Origin: a virus
DNA: 64,000 bases
Direction: 5' to 3' (one strand)
IMG/VR virus record: IMGVR_UViG_3300037876_000116
Coordinates: 92,520 to 156,519 of that record
The notes below the pieces were generated by a model, which worked only from the letters and a program-made list of their open reading frames with translations, was not told where the DNA came from and ran no database searches. Of the stretch, positions 35,787 to 46,098 are shown piece after piece; the stretch's first letter is position 1; the number at the start of each line of letters is the position of its first letter. The position numbers were made by a program, and so were the translations under genes.

Positions 35787-38700
35787 ATGACACGAAAAAA
35801 CCCTTCCCTTCCTTTTGTAAACTTACACGGACATTCAACCTTTAGCATCAACGATGGCTTTGGGTTCCCTCAAGAACACATGGACTTTGCTTACGACAAC
35901 GGCTGTGATGCTCTTGCTTTGACCGACCATGGGCACGCCAATGGTATGAGTTATCAACTGTTGCATGCCAAAAAGATGAAAGAGCAAGGTAAAGAGTTTA
36001 AACCAATCTTTGGTGTCGAAGCATACTTTTTGCCATCCATCGAAGATTGGCTAACAGAGGTCGAAGAACTTAAAGAAGACAAGAAAAAAGCAAGACAGCT
36101 TAAGAAACACACCGGCACAATGGAGTCGGAAGATGAAGGCGAGACAAAAGATAGTAATCGCGTCCGCAACCGCAGACGACATTTAATTCTTCTCGCACAA
36201 AACCAAAAAGGTTTGAGTAACATATTTAAACTTATCTCGGAAAGCTTCACAGAGAATAACTTTTATCGCTTTCCGCGTATTGACTATAAACTATTGGAGA
36301 AATATAATGAAGGGGTTATGGCTTCATCTGCTTGCCTTGGTGGTGTTTATGCAGGTGACTATTGGGCTAATCGTGACAGCGGCGGTGATGCTGTTCTAGA
36401 CGCGATGAGGCGCACAACAACAAAGATGCAATCCATCTTTGGTGATCGTTGGTTCGGTGAAGTACAATGGAATAACATTCCAGAACAACACGAACTAAAC
36501 AAATACATTTTACAGGTTAAAGACGAGTTTAACTTGAAGGTCATTTCCACAGCAGACAGTCATTATCCGACCGATACTGCCTGGAAAGATAGAGAACTAT
36601 ACAAGCGCCTTGGGTTTCTTAATCGCCCAACTAAGCCTGAATGGTTGTCGGATCACCTTCCAGAAGACATTGATGAGATTGGTTACGAGCTTTACCCAAA
36701 GAACGGTGACCAAATGTTCGAGTCTTATAAAAAGTATTCCGCTGAATGTGGTGTAGAATACGATGATGAAGTGGTAAAACAAACTATTACAGACACACAT
36801 CGCATCGCTCACGAAGTCATCGAAGACTTCATGCCTGATGATGCAATCAAACTCCCTGACTTTGTTATCCCAGAAGGTATGGAAGCAGAGACGGTTCTAG
36901 AAGAATACGCTCTCTTGGCTTTGAAAGAAAAAGATCTTCACTTAGACAAAGAATACTCCGATCGTTTGAAGCATGAACTTAAAGTAATCAATGGACAGGG
37001 CTTTGCTAAATACTTTCTTACAATGAAAGCCATTGCTGACAAAGCCAACGAAGGATGGCTGACAGGTCTCGGGCGAGGCTCTGCTGCTTCGTCTCTTGTA
37101 TCTTATGTCTTAGGCATTACACAGATTGACCCTATCAAGTACAATCTAATCTTCTCTCGCTTTATGTCAGAGAATCAAGCGCAGATTGGTATGCCTGATA
37201 TTGATTATGACGTAAGTGACCGCATGGCTCTTACAGAAAAACTGATTAAAGATTGGGGTGAGACATCTGTTGTCCCTATCTCCAATTATAATACTCTTCA
37301 GCTTCGTTCACTCATTAAAGACATCTCTAAATTTTATGAGATCCCTTTTACCGAGGTGAACAAAGTTACAGGCGCGATGATTAATGAAGCGATGCCGCAC
37401 GCCAAAGCCAAGCACGGGATTAAAGCAGGTGTGTACAATCCTACTTTTGAGGAAGTAAAAGAGTTCTCCTCCACCCTTCAGGCATTCTTCCGTAAGTATC
37501 CCCACGTTGCTACCCATGTTGATGGTATCTATGGCTCTATCCGCGCCGTCTCCCGACACGCTGGCGGCGTTGTGATTGGTCAAGAGTTAGACAAGCACAT
37601 GCCTCTTATCTCTTCTGGTGGGGTCCGACAAACTCCCTGGTCAGAAGGAATGAATGTTCGTCACTTAGAGCCACTCGGCTTCATTAAGTTTGACTTACTT
37701 GGTCTTTCTACCTTGGCTATGATGGAGAATGCTATCAAAGCAATCTTAAAGCGCCATCACGGAGTAGAAGACCCAAGTTTCCAAGACATTAAAAAGTATT
37801 ACGATGAGACGCTTCATCCTGATGTCTTAGACTTCGATGACCAGAAGGTATACAAGACTGTATTCCACAAGGGTAAGTTTGTAGGAACGTTCCAGTTCAC
37901 TCAAGCAGGCGTTCAGAGCTTCTGTAAACGAGCCAAACCTACCTGTCTTGATGAGCTTTCAGCTATTACATCTATCTACCGTCCTGGTCCTCTCAGCGCT
38001 AAGGTAGATAGATTATATACCGATGCCAAGAACAACAAAGACAGCGTAAATTACCTTCACCCTCTAATCGAAGAAGAAACCAGAGAAACATTCGGCTTTG
38101 TTCTTTATCAGGAGCAGATTGCTACAATCACTCATAAGATTGGCAAAGATATTACGCTTGACGAAGGAAACATTATTCGTAAACTTCTTACCAAGAAAGG
38201 TACAGGTAAAGAAAAACAACTTAAAAAGTTTCATAATAGGTTTATTGACGGTGCTTTAGAGAAGGAGATAGACAAGACTACAGCAGAGAAGATCTGGCAG
38301 ACTCTAGAGAACTTTGCTAAGTATGGGTTCAACAAAGCTCACTCGACCTCTTACGCTGCTATTTCTTATCAGTGTGCGTGGCTCTACACTTACTATCCTT
38401 CCGAGTGGATGGCGGCGTTCTTGGATAAAGAACCAGAGGTGCGAAAAGAAAAAGCCATCAATATCGCCAAGTCTTTTGGCTTTAACATTCGCGGGTTAAA
38501 TATAAACCTTTCAGGAACTGAATGGGAGATTGATCCAGATGACGATAAAACTCTTATCCAGCCTCTTGACTCTCTTAAAGGGTTAGGAGACAAAGCTATT
38601 GAACAGATCTTAAATAATCGTCCATTTAGCTCTGTAGAAGACTTAATCTTCAGTGAAGAGATTGTTTATTCTAAACTTAACAAGAAGGCATTAAATGTTT

Positions 38701-39248
38701 TAGCATTAAGTGGAGCATTAGATTGTCTTAAAGACGATCGCTTTAATGGAATGAAGCACTTCTGGTCAGCAATCGTGGTGGACCGTCCGAAGAACAGGAA
38801 GAAACTAGATGAAAATATTCAAACCTACGAACAAGAAGCAGAGTTTTCTATTGATGAAAAAATCGCTAACCTTTCTGATCTTACTGGTATCTTTCCTCTT
38901 GATCTCGTTATAAATGATGTATTACACCAACGCTTTCGTGACCGCGCTATCCCTCCGCTAGGAGATGAAGACAATAGATTTTCTTACCGCGCAAGCAGTG
39001 GCGATGGGTACATTACATGGTGCATCCCTCGGGAGATAATCCAGAAGAAAACCAGGAATAAAAAGGACTTTTGGATTGTTAGAGTGACAGACGAGACGTG
39101 CGTGGACAACAAGATTAAATGTTGGGGCGTAAACTCAGATAAAGATAGTCTTTATTTGAACCGTCCGTACATTGTAAAAGTAAATTTCAGCGACCAGTGG
39201 GGTTTCTCTACCAAAAGAGGCACTTCTCACTGGAAATTAATGGGGTAA
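35787..39248 (+). CDS. dnaE: Family C DNA polymerase (DNA polymerase III alpha subunit)
   Basis: PHP domain LHGHSTFS/LTDHG, GRGSAASS, PDIDYD, SRHAGGV, KFDLLGL, YRPGP, YGFNKAHS. Confidence 0.95.
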   Translation: MTRKNPSLPFVNLHGHSTFSINDGFGFPQEHMDFAYDNGCDALALTDHGHANGMSYQLLHAKKMKEQGKEFKPIFGVEAYFLPSIEDWLTEVEELKEDKKKARQLKKHTGTMESEDEGETKDSNRVRNRRRHLILLAQNQKGLSNIFKLISESFTENNFYRFPRIDYKLLEKYNEGVMASSACLGGVYAGDYWANRDSGGDAVLDAMRRTTTKMQSIFGDRWFGEVQWNNIPEQHELNKYILQVKDEFNLKVISTADSHYPTDTAWKDRELYKRLGFLNRPTKPEWLSDHLPEDIDEIGYELYPKNGDQMFESYKKYSAECGVEYDDEVVKQTITDTHRIAHEVIEDFMPDDAIKLPDFVIPEGMEAETVLEEYALLALKEKDLHLDKEYSDRLKHELKVINGQGFAKYFLTMKAIADKANEGWLTGLGRGSAASSLVSYVLGITQIDPIKYNLIFSRFMSENQAQIGMPDIDYDVSDRMALTEKLIKDWGETSVVPISNYNTLQLRSLIKDISKFYEIPFTEVNKVTGAMINEAMPHAKAKHGIKAGVYNPTFEEVKEFSSTLQAFFRKYPHVATHVDGIYGSIRAVSRHAGGVVIGQELDKHMPLISSGGVRQTPWSEGMNVRHLEPLGFIKFDLLGLSTLAMMENAIKAILKRHHGVEDPSFQDIKKYYDETLHPDVLDFDDQKVYKTVFHKGKFVGTFQFTQAGVQSFCKRAKPTCLDELSAITSIYRPGPLSAKVDRLYTDAKNNKDSVNYLHPLIEEETRETFGFVLYQEQIATITHKIGKDITLDEGNIIRKLLTKKGTGKEKQLKKFHNRFIDGALEKEIDKTTAEKIWQTLENFAKYGFNKAHSTSYAAISYQCAWLYTYYPSEWMAAFLDKEPEVRKEKAINIAKSFGFNIRGLNINLSGTEWEIDPDDDKTLIQPLDSLKGLGDKAIEQILNNRPFSSVEDLIFSEEIVYSKLNKKALNVLALSGALDCLKDDRFNGMKHFWSAIVVDRPKNRKKLDENIQTYEQEAEFSIDEKIANLSDLTGIFPLDLVINDVLHQRFRDRAIPPLGDEDNRFSYRASSGDGYITWCIPREIIQKKTRNKKDFWIVRVTDETCVDNKIKCWGVNSDKDSLYLNRPYIVKVNFSDQWGFSTKRGTSHWKLMG

Positions 39249-39251
39249 CAG

Positions 39252-39356
39252 ATGAGTGATTTAGAAATAATGGCAGTATTCTTTGGATTGCTTGGCGGAT
39301 TGATTCTCTTTCCTGTTGTTCTTATGAAGATTCAGGAGATTAGAGATAGAAAATGA
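39252..39356 (+). CDS. Small membrane peptide (34 aa)
   Basis: MSDLEIMAVFFGLLGGLILFPVVLMKIQEIRDRK. Confidence 0.55.
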   Translation: MSDLEIMAVFFGLLGGLILFPVVLMKIQEIRDRK

Positions 39357-39475
39357 AGTGGAAAACCAAAGATAAACTAAGAAAAGGAGGCTTTATTCTT
39401 TTTCTTGTTGTCTGGAGCTTAGCGATTGGTTATTTCTTTACAAACTGTCAAGATACTCCTATAATAAACTTTTAA
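39353..39475 (+). CDS. Small membrane peptide (40 aa)
   Basis: MKWKTKDKLRKGGFILFLVVWSLAIGYFFTNCQDTPIINF; ATGA overlap with the previous ORF. Confidence 0.55.
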   Translation: MKWKTKDKLRKGGFILFLVVWSLAIGYFFTNCQDTPIINF

Positions 39476-39484
39476 AGAGGAAGT

Positions 39485-40276
39485 ATGAAATCTCCACTAA
39501 GGTATCCAGGCGGTAAGACAAGGGCTGTGAAGCACATCTTGCCCCATATACCAAAAGGCATAAAAGAGTTTTGCTCGCCTTTCTTCGGCGGCGGCTCCCT
39601 TGAGCTTGCCGTCGCAGACAGGGGCATACCAGTTTACGGCTATGATATCTTCCAGCCTTTAACAAACTTCTGGCATCACCTTTTAAGAACTCCCATGTCT
39701 TTGTCTATACTCTCTGATTCTTATAGAACAAGCAACGGCACTCTTAGAGGCTTGACACGGCATGACTTCTTGCAGTTTAAGCAAGATCTAATGTCTGCGC
39801 CAGCTAAGTCAATCACAGACGCAGCAAAGTTCTACGCTCTTAATAGAAGCTCATTTTCAGGAGCGACTTTATCAGGAGGCTATTCCAAGCAAGCCGCTTA
39901 TAAAAGATTTACCAATAGCTCTATTTTGAGGCTTTGGACGTTCGAGACTTACAACCTGGAAGTTATGAAAGCCGGTTTTAAAGAGTCCATCCCTAAACAT
40001 CCTGATGCTTTCTTGTATTGCGACCCTCCCTACATGTTAGAGAAGAACAACAATCTTTATGGAAAGAACGGTGATACTCACGCAGGCTTTGACCACGAGG
40101 GACTATTTAATCTACTGAATGAAAGAAAAGGCTGGGTCTTATCTTACAACAACTCTCCACAAATCAGAGAGATGTATAAGGATTATCAAATCATAGAAGC
40201 TGAATGGGCTTATGGAATGAAAAATGTTACAACAAAAACAATGGGTTCCAGTTCAGAAATACTAGTTATAGGGTAA
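39485..40276 (+). CDS. dam: DNA adenine methyltransferase (Dam/D12 class)
   Basis: KSPLRYPGGK, SPFFGGGS, YCDPPY; target site not determinable by eye. Confidence 0.88.
   Translation: MKSPLRYPGGKTRAVKHILPHIPKGIKEFCSPFFGGGSLELAVADRGIPVYGYDIFQPLTNFWHHLLRTPMSLSILSDSYRTSNGTLRGLTRHDFLQFKQDLMSAPAKSITDAAKFYALNRSSFSGATLSGGYSKQAAYKRFTNSSILRLWTFETYNLEVMKAGFKESIPKHPDAFLYCDPPYMLEKNNNLYGKNGDTHAGFDHEGLFNLLNERKGWVLSYNNSPQIREMYKDYQIIEAEWAYGMKNVTTKTMGSSSEILVIG
40261..40268 (+). promoter_or_regulatory. Putative late motif ACTAGTTA inside the dam 3' end
   Basis: 7 nt before the ATG at 40276. Confidence 0.45.
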
Positions 40277-41682
40277 TGGATATGAATAAAAAACTATGGA
40301 ACGAGTTCCTAAAAACTCCACAAACTAAAAAAGAAAAAGAAACTCTTGGTGAAGCTGTTGTTGCGATAGTTGAAGAAACTAAAGAAAGACTACATGAAGG
40401 TCAACAAGGGATGGCTTTTGAAGATGTTCTAGTTGCCGTAGCCAAAGGCGAAGAGTCCTACAACAAAGACGAAGCCGCTCTCAAAAAGGGCAAACGACCA
40501 AACAAAGCAGGAGGCGGTAAGTGGAAAGAGCTTACTCTTTATGATCTAGCAATGATAACTTTAAGAATAATGGGCTACACCGATGACGAAATCACAAACG
40601 GCGTAGATCCAAATGCCAGAGCTGTTTCAAAGTCAGGGATCTCAGGCGACCCCAAGACAGATGTTATTATCAAAGAAAAAAATATTTCCTTAAAACTACC
40701 AGGAGGAATCCAGCTAGGCTCGGGAGAAGGAGCTTCGACTAAAGCTATTTTTGATTTAGTTATGGAAGAGTATCTTGAGACGATGGGGATGAGAGCCACG
40801 ACTGATGTAAGAGAAATGGTAGAGAAGAGCGCTAGCTCTGTGATTAAAAAACATGTTGAGGAGTTTTTAGATTCTTTAGCGGAAACAACTGGCAAAAGAT
40901 ATTATCCTACTCAATCATCGTCTGTTACAAAGGGGGAGTGGAAAAAAAATGTAGATGAACAAACCTATGAAGGCTTATTGACAGCAAGGGCTGCATGGGA
41001 TTGGGACCATAACAAATATCCCAGCGATGGTATTCCAAAGGCATGGAAAAAAGGACCTAAAGGGACAGAGACTGAAGATCCACAACAAGCTATTGTTCCC
41101 AGCACGATCGGGTCTACCAAGGAAAAACGACTATTCCCCACAAAAGAAGCTTATGTGAAAGCTTTTATCGAACGAGCAGTAGCCAACCAAGCCAAACAAA
41201 TGGATAAACGAAGCTGGGAAGAGATCAAGAAGACACTTAAAGATACAGTCAATAAAACAGTTGCAAAAGTGGCTGCTGAAGATCCTCTGTTTTATGACCT
41301 ATTGATAGATGAATACTTAACTGGCAGGCGTCAGTTTACGAACAAAGATCACATAGCAACTTGGTACTTATCCCCACAAGGATTTTATCCAATAAGAACA
41401 AGAGAAGAGACTGCAAAGCTTGCGAAAGAGATCAAGGATTATCTTAAATGGGATGCTCGTGGAAAAGGAAGAAAATATCTAGGGAAAGCGGTGTCTTTTC
41501 GTATTGATTTCAACCAGGCGGCTTATTATAAAGCCATCACCAAAGCTTTGAAAGAAGAGCAAAAAAAGGCGACTCAAGATATGTCTGAGCAAGAAGAGGA
41601 GAGTTCTACGGAGACTAGCCTAGAAGACAAAATAACGAATAATCTCGTAACATCTGTCTTGCAGAGTATAAAAATTTCTTAA
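40276..41682 (+). CDS. PD-(D/E)XK restriction-endonuclease-like protein
   Basis: 468 aa from the ATG at 40276; G.AFE helix, then PKTDVIIKEKNISLK..QLGSG. Confidence 0.55.
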   Translation: MDMNKKLWNEFLKTPQTKKEKETLGEAVVAIVEETKERLHEGQQGMAFEDVLVAVAKGEESYNKDEAALKKGKRPNKAGGGKWKELTLYDLAMITLRIMGYTDDEITNGVDPNARAVSKSGISGDPKTDVIIKEKNISLKLPGGIQLGSGEGASTKAIFDLVMEEYLETMGMRATTDVREMVEKSASSVIKKHVEEFLDSLAETTGKRYYPTQSSSVTKGEWKKNVDEQTYEGLLTARAAWDWDHNKYPSDGIPKAWKKGPKGTETEDPQQAIVPSTIGSTKEKRLFPTKEAYVKAFIERAVANQAKQMDKRSWEEIKKTLKDTVNKTVAKVAAEDPLFYDLLIDEYLTGRRQFTNKDHIATWYLSPQGFYPIRTREETAKLAKEIKDYLKWDARGKGRKYLGKAVSFRIDFNQAAYYKAITKALKEEQKKATQDMSEQEEESSTETSLEDKITNNLVTSVLQSIKIS

Positions 41683-41728
41683 CTTCTCTTCTGCGAATAG
41701 ATACAATAATAAACATAAAAGGTGGTTT

Positions 41729-43183
41729 ATGAAAAACTTGTCTCGCTCGGAGTTAATCCGACTTTCTCTTTTGCGTCAAGAGAACGAAGCAAAACTTACA
41801 AACAACGGCGCACTTGTGGTGAACACCACCCCCCATACAGGGCGCTCACCAAATGCAAAGTTTATCGTAGAGGATGAAATAACAAAAGACTTGGTAGATT
41901 GGAAAAACAACCAAAAAATGACCAAGCCAAATTTTGAGACTTTTAAAAAAGAATATAAAATCCCCAACGATCTTTTTGTTCAAGAAGTATATGCAGGAGC
42001 AGACCCAGCACACCGCTTAAAGGTTCGCATCCACACCAAAAACGCTTGGCACTCGGTCTTTGCACGGAACATGTTCTTCCTCCCTACGGAAGAGGAACTA
42101 CAAGACTTCGAACCAGAGTTTAATCTCTATTATATTCCCGATAATACAGCAGAGCCACGAGTTATTATTTCCATGAAAGATAAGGAAATATACATCTCGG
42201 GGACTTCTTACGCTGGAGAGATGAAGAAGAGTGTCTTCACGGTGCTTAACTTTTTATTACCACAGAAGGGTATCCTTCCGATGCACTGCTCAGTGAATGT
42301 ATCGAGACATAGCGCATCTCCCACAGTGTTCTTTGGATTATCGGGGACAGGGAAAACAACCTTATCAGCCGACATAGCCAACTGGCTTGTAGGCGACGAC
42401 GAACACGGTTGGTCAGATGAGGGTGTATTCAACTTTGAAGGTGGTTGTTACGCAAAGACGATTAACTTATCTAAAGAAGACGAGCCGCTCATTCACAGAG
42501 CAACACAAAAATTTGGAACTGTATTAGAAAATGTTGTAGTAAACGACGGAGAGCCTGGTTTTTTTGACGACTCAATCACCAACAATAGCCGAGCTTCTTA
42601 TCCTTTGGAGTTTGTTAAAAATATTTGGACGGAAACCCACAGTAGACATCCAGACAACGTTATTATGCTTACCTGCGATGCCTACGGGGTTCTTCCTCCT
42701 GTCGCTCGTTTGACTGAATCAAACGCCATTGAGCAGTTCCTGCTAGGCTACACAGCCAAAGTAGCAGGCACCGAGAAGGGAATAACAGAGCCCCAAGCAA
42801 CTTTTTCACATTGCTTTGGCGCTCCTTTTATGCCCATGAGACCAAAGGTTTATGCCGAGCTTTTAAGACAAAAGATTAAAAAACACAATGTTAACTGCTG
42901 GTTAGTCAATACTGGCTGGACTGGCGGTCCTTATGGCGAAGGAAAAAGAATGCCTATCTCTCTTACGAGACGCATTGTAACCTCTATTCAGAACGGATGG
43001 ATGAAAGAATTTACCTTCAAGAAGCATACTTATACTGATCTAGAGATACCGATAGACTGTAAATGGATGCCAGAGGAGATTTTAAATCCAGAACTAGGCT
43101 GGAAAAATAAAGAAAAATATGTTGCACAAGCTAATAAGTTAATGAGCATGTTTATAAAGCAGCTTAAAAAAGGTACATTTTAA
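41729..43183 (+). CDS. pckA: Phosphoenolpyruvate carboxykinase (ATP)
   Basis: TGRSP, YAGEMKK, MHCS, GLSGTGKTTLS, GDDEHGW, NFEGGCYAK, NSRASYP, CFGAPF. Confidence 0.95.
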   Translation: MKNLSRSELIRLSLLRQENEAKLTNNGALVVNTTPHTGRSPNAKFIVEDEITKDLVDWKNNQKMTKPNFETFKKEYKIPNDLFVQEVYAGADPAHRLKVRIHTKNAWHSVFARNMFFLPTEEELQDFEPEFNLYYIPDNTAEPRVIISMKDKEIYISGTSYAGEMKKSVFTVLNFLLPQKGILPMHCSVNVSRHSASPTVFFGLSGTGKTTLSADIANWLVGDDEHGWSDEGVFNFEGGCYAKTINLSKEDEPLIHRATQKFGTVLENVVVNDGEPGFFDDSITNNSRASYPLEFVKNIWTETHSRHPDNVIMLTCDAYGVLPPVARLTESNAIEQFLLGYTAKVAGTEKGITEPQATFSHCFGAPFMPMRPKVYAELLRQKIKKHNVNCWLVNTGWTGGPYGEGKRMPISLTRRIVTSIQNGWMKEFTFKKHTYTDLEIPIDCKWMPEEILNPELGWKNKEKYVAQANKLMSMFIKQLKKGTF

Positions 43184-43197
43184 AGAGGGAATAATGT

Positions 43198-43425
43198 TTG
43201 AACGTAGGAGATTTAATAAGATGGCATGAGCCCATAGATGGTAAAGAATACTATGGTATGGTTGTTTGCGTCGATGTACTGACCAAATACGAGAATACCT
43301 TTTTGATTGAGATACTTCACGAACTCGACATTCATGAACTTGTAGAGATTTATTGGTTTGAAGATAAATTTACTGAGCTTATTTGGAAAAGATACTTAGA
43401 AGTTGTTTCTGAGTTTAGCCCTTGA
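43198..43425 (+). CDS. Hypothetical SH3/KOW-like protein
   Basis: 75 aa, TTG start, VGDLIRW..GMVV. Confidence 0.55.
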   Translation: MNVGDLIRWHEPIDGKEYYGMVVCVDVLTKYENTFLIEILHELDIHELVEIYWFEDKFTELIWKRYLEVVSEFSP

Positions 43426-43449
43426 AAAAATAGCGATAGTGTTTATAAT
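43422..43449 (+). promoter_or_regulatory. Promoter TTGAAA-16-TATAAT (leaderless position)
   Basis: -10 ends 6 nt before the ATG at 43456. Confidence 0.7.
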
Positions 43450-43455
43450 ATATAA

Positions 43456-43734
43456 ATGAGTAACAATTTAAAGCGCAAGCTCAAGCGCAAAAAAAAGAGG
43501 CAAGCCCAAAAGGAACTGACTGCGAAAGTTTCTTTGTTTGGTCGTCTTGGTGACCAATGCTTGGTTTGCGCCAAACCTTTCGATAAAAAGGACAAAGAAC
43601 AAGTAATGTCTTGGTCCGTGGTTGTTAAGAAAGAAGAAAACCAAGTTAACCTATACTGTCCCGACTGTTGGAAGAAAGCAGCCGAGATTGTTGACGATTT
43701 CAAAAAACGAGTGGAGGAAAGAAATGATCGTTGA
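43456..43734 (+). CDS. Basic Zn-ribbon-like protein
   Basis: 92 aa; CLVC...CPDC. Confidence 0.65.
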   Translation: MSNNLKRKLKRKKKRQAQKELTAKVSLFGRLGDQCLVCAKPFDKKDKEQVMSWSVVVKKEENQVNLYCPDCWKKAAEIVDDFKKRVEERNDR

Positions 43735-44182
43735 ATATGCTAGACTAAGAGAAGATGTGATGCCCCCTACAAGAGGTAATCCAAGCGATGCTGGGCTGGA
43801 TGTTTATTTTAACCCAGAAGATGGAAACAGCGTTTCTTTAAATCCTGGTCAAAGCGCAAGGTTTCAAACTGGTTTGCGGTTCGGTATTCCACACGGTTAT
43901 ATGTTGCAAGTAATGAACAGGTCCTCAGTGGCAGCTAAAAAGAACCTTGTTGTTGGAGCCCATGTTGTTGACTCTGGCTACGATGGCGAGGTCTTTGTTG
44001 ATATGCATAACATAGGAACCACGCCTCAAACCATAGCGCCTCAAGTTAAGATCGCCCAGGTGGTTTTAATCCCAGTAATTCCTTTCCGAGCCCTTGAAAC
44101 AAGCTCAGGAAACCTTTACGACTGGTATCCAATCACAATCTCTGATAGGGGCGATGGAGCCCTTGGGAGCACAGGAGAATGA
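43724..44182 (+). CDS. dut: dUTP pyrophosphatase (trimeric)
   Basis: ATG at 43724; DAGLD, NRSS, VVDSGYDGE, KIAQ, RGDGALGSTG. Confidence 0.93.
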   Translation: MIVEYARLREDVMPPTRGNPSDAGLDVYFNPEDGNSVSLNPGQSARFQTGLRFGIPHGYMLQVMNRSSVAAKKNLVVGAHVVDSGYDGEVFVDMHNIGTTPQTIAPQVKIAQVVLIPVIPFRALETSSGNLYDWYPITISDRGDGALGSTGE

Positions 44183-44457
44183 AAGGAATAGTACCACCAG
44201 GTTCTTACACCGCCCTAGCCGGTCACGACATGGGCTTTGGAGATGTAAAAGAAGAAAAAGTTGACCACCCGGCACACTATAACGCTGGGGAAATGGAAGT
44301 TATTGACGTGATTGACGGTCTTGGTTGCACCGAAGGCTTTTGCGTTGGAAACATAATCAAGTATGTATCACGCTATAAACACAAAAATGGCGTCCAAGAC
44401 TTGGAAAAAGCGAAATGGTACATTGATTATTTGATAAAGAAGGAAAATGAAAAATAA
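44179..44457 (+). CDS. DUF3310-like protein
   Basis: VDHPAHY..MEVIDVI..FCVGNIIKYVSRY.HKNG.QDLEKAKWY. Confidence 0.85.
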   Translation: MKGIVPPGSYTALAGHDMGFGDVKEEKVDHPAHYNAGEMEVIDVIDGLGCTEGFCVGNIIKYVSRYKHKNGVQDLEKAKWYIDYLIKKENEK

Positions 44458-45034
44458 ATACCAACACAACGACGATGGAACAACCTTTATCTTTATGGAA
44501 AGCAAGAATAAACTCTGCCCAGGTAAACACGCAGTCATTATAGACACAGAAGATTGGGATAAAGCTGAAGGGTACAAGTGGCGTATCTTGGGTACTAAAT
44601 CCACTCCTTACGCCCGTACCGACATCCCGCATCCAAACGGAGGTAAATATATACGCCGAGATGATGGATATCCACGAAAGCGGATGACCTCTCTTTTAAT
44701 TCATCACCTTATAATGGGCAAGCCCCGCGAGGGAAATAATGTTGACCACATAAACCACAATGGGTTAGACAACAGAAAAGAAAATTTAAGGTTCGTGACA
44801 GTAGCCCAGAATCAACAAAACAGCCGATCCCAAAAAAAATCCTCCTCTGTATACAGAGGGGTTAGTTGGCACAAGCCAACCAACAACTGGCAAGTAAAGA
44901 TCTGTCACCAAGGAAAACAAATGCACATCGGTTACTTCGTGTGCAAGCATCAAGCCGCCCTTGCTTGGAACAAAAAAGCCACAGAACTATGGGGAGAAGA
45001 ACACACCCTCTTAAACAAAGTGGAGAAAAAATGA
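44447..45034 (+). mobile_element. Free-standing HNH-AP2 homing endonuclease
   Basis: IHHLIM..VDHINHNGLDNRKENLR..QN; AP2-like YRGVSW..WQVKI..HIGYF..AALAWN. Confidence 0.85.
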
Positions 45035-46098
45035 TTAACGCACTCGGTCCTCACGATTGGTCGCTAGACAGATCTTTTAAAGAAGCAGTATCGTTTGACG
45101 ATGTTCTTCTCGTGCCTCAATACAGCGACATAGAAAGTCGCTCTGAGGTAAACATTAACAGTGACTTAGACGACAACATCACCCTTCATCTACCAGTCAT
45201 TTCCAGCCCTATGGATACGATCACAGAATTGGCTATGGCTCAAGAGATGAGCAGGTCAGGCGGTCTTGGTATTATCCACCGCTACAACTCTCCCAGAGAA
45301 CAAGCAGAGATTATCGAAGAAGCAGTTGTTCAACTGGTTGATAGTCCCGCCGCAGCTATTGGGGTAACAGGAGACTTCATGGAAAGAGCCAAAGCCCTTG
45401 TCGTAGCAGGTGCAAAGGTCCTCTGCGTTGATGTTGCTCATGGTCATCACATTATGATGAAGAACGCTTTAACTAAACTTAAAGCAGAGTTCGGGAAAGA
45501 GGCTCACATTATGGCTGGTAATGTCGGCACCCTAGAAGGTCTGAATGCACTAGCCGAGTGGGGCGCTGATTCTGTCCGATGCGGCATTGGAGGAGGGTCT
45601 ATCTGCTCTACCCGCCTTGTTACAGGTCACGGCGTACCAACTTTACAAAACATTATTGATTGTGCTCGAAGCCATCATGATGTAAAGATCATTGCTGACG
45701 GCGGCATCAAGAAAAGCGGAGACATTGTAAAAGCTCTTGCTGCTGGTGCTGACTTTGTAATGGTTGGCTCTATGTTCGCAGGAACAAAAGAAACCCCAGG
45801 ACAGGTGTTTACAAGCCAGTCAGGCAAGAAGTATAAAGTATACAGGGGTATGGCTTCGAAAGATGCTCAAACGGACTGGAGGGGTAAATCCTCCACGCCA
45901 GAGGGGATCTCAACCACAGTCGCCTACAAAGGTTCAGCCAAGTCTGTTCTAAAAGACTTAGACGGCGGTATTAGAAGCGGGCTTTCTTACACCGGAGCTA
46001 GAAATCTATTCGAGTTGAGAACAAAAGCTCAGTTCATCAAGCAAACAAATGCAGGTCAGCAAGAAAGTTTCACTCACATCCTCATGAGGAACAAGTAG
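45031..46098 (+). CDS. guaB: IMPDH/GMP reductase family protein without CBS domains
   Basis: ATG at 45031; [43 protein letters not shown]; IMPDH versus GMPR unresolved. Confidence 0.85.
   Translation: MINALGPHDWSLDRSFKEAVSFDDVLLVPQYSDIESRSEVNINSDLDDNITLHLPVISSPMDTITELAMAQEMSRSGGLGIIHRYNSPREQAEIIEEAVVQLVDSPAAAIGVTGDFMERAKALVVAGAKVLCVDVAHGHHIMMKNALTKLKAEFGKEAHIMAGNVGTLEGLNALAEWGADSVRCGIGGGSICSTRLVTGHGVPTLQNIIDCARSHHDVKIIADGGIKKSGDIVKALAAGADFVMVGSMFAGTKETPGQVFTSQSGKKYKVYRGMASKDAQTDWRGKSSTPEGISTTVAYKGSAKSVLKDLDGGIRSGLSYTGARNLFELRTKAQFIKQTNAGQQESFTHILMRNK

Noticed and set aside
24418-39248. Inteins or group I introns in recA, helicase, nrdJ or dnaE
   Set aside because: Lengths are normal, motifs are contiguous, and there are no C/S...HN splice junctions or LAGLIDADG blocks.
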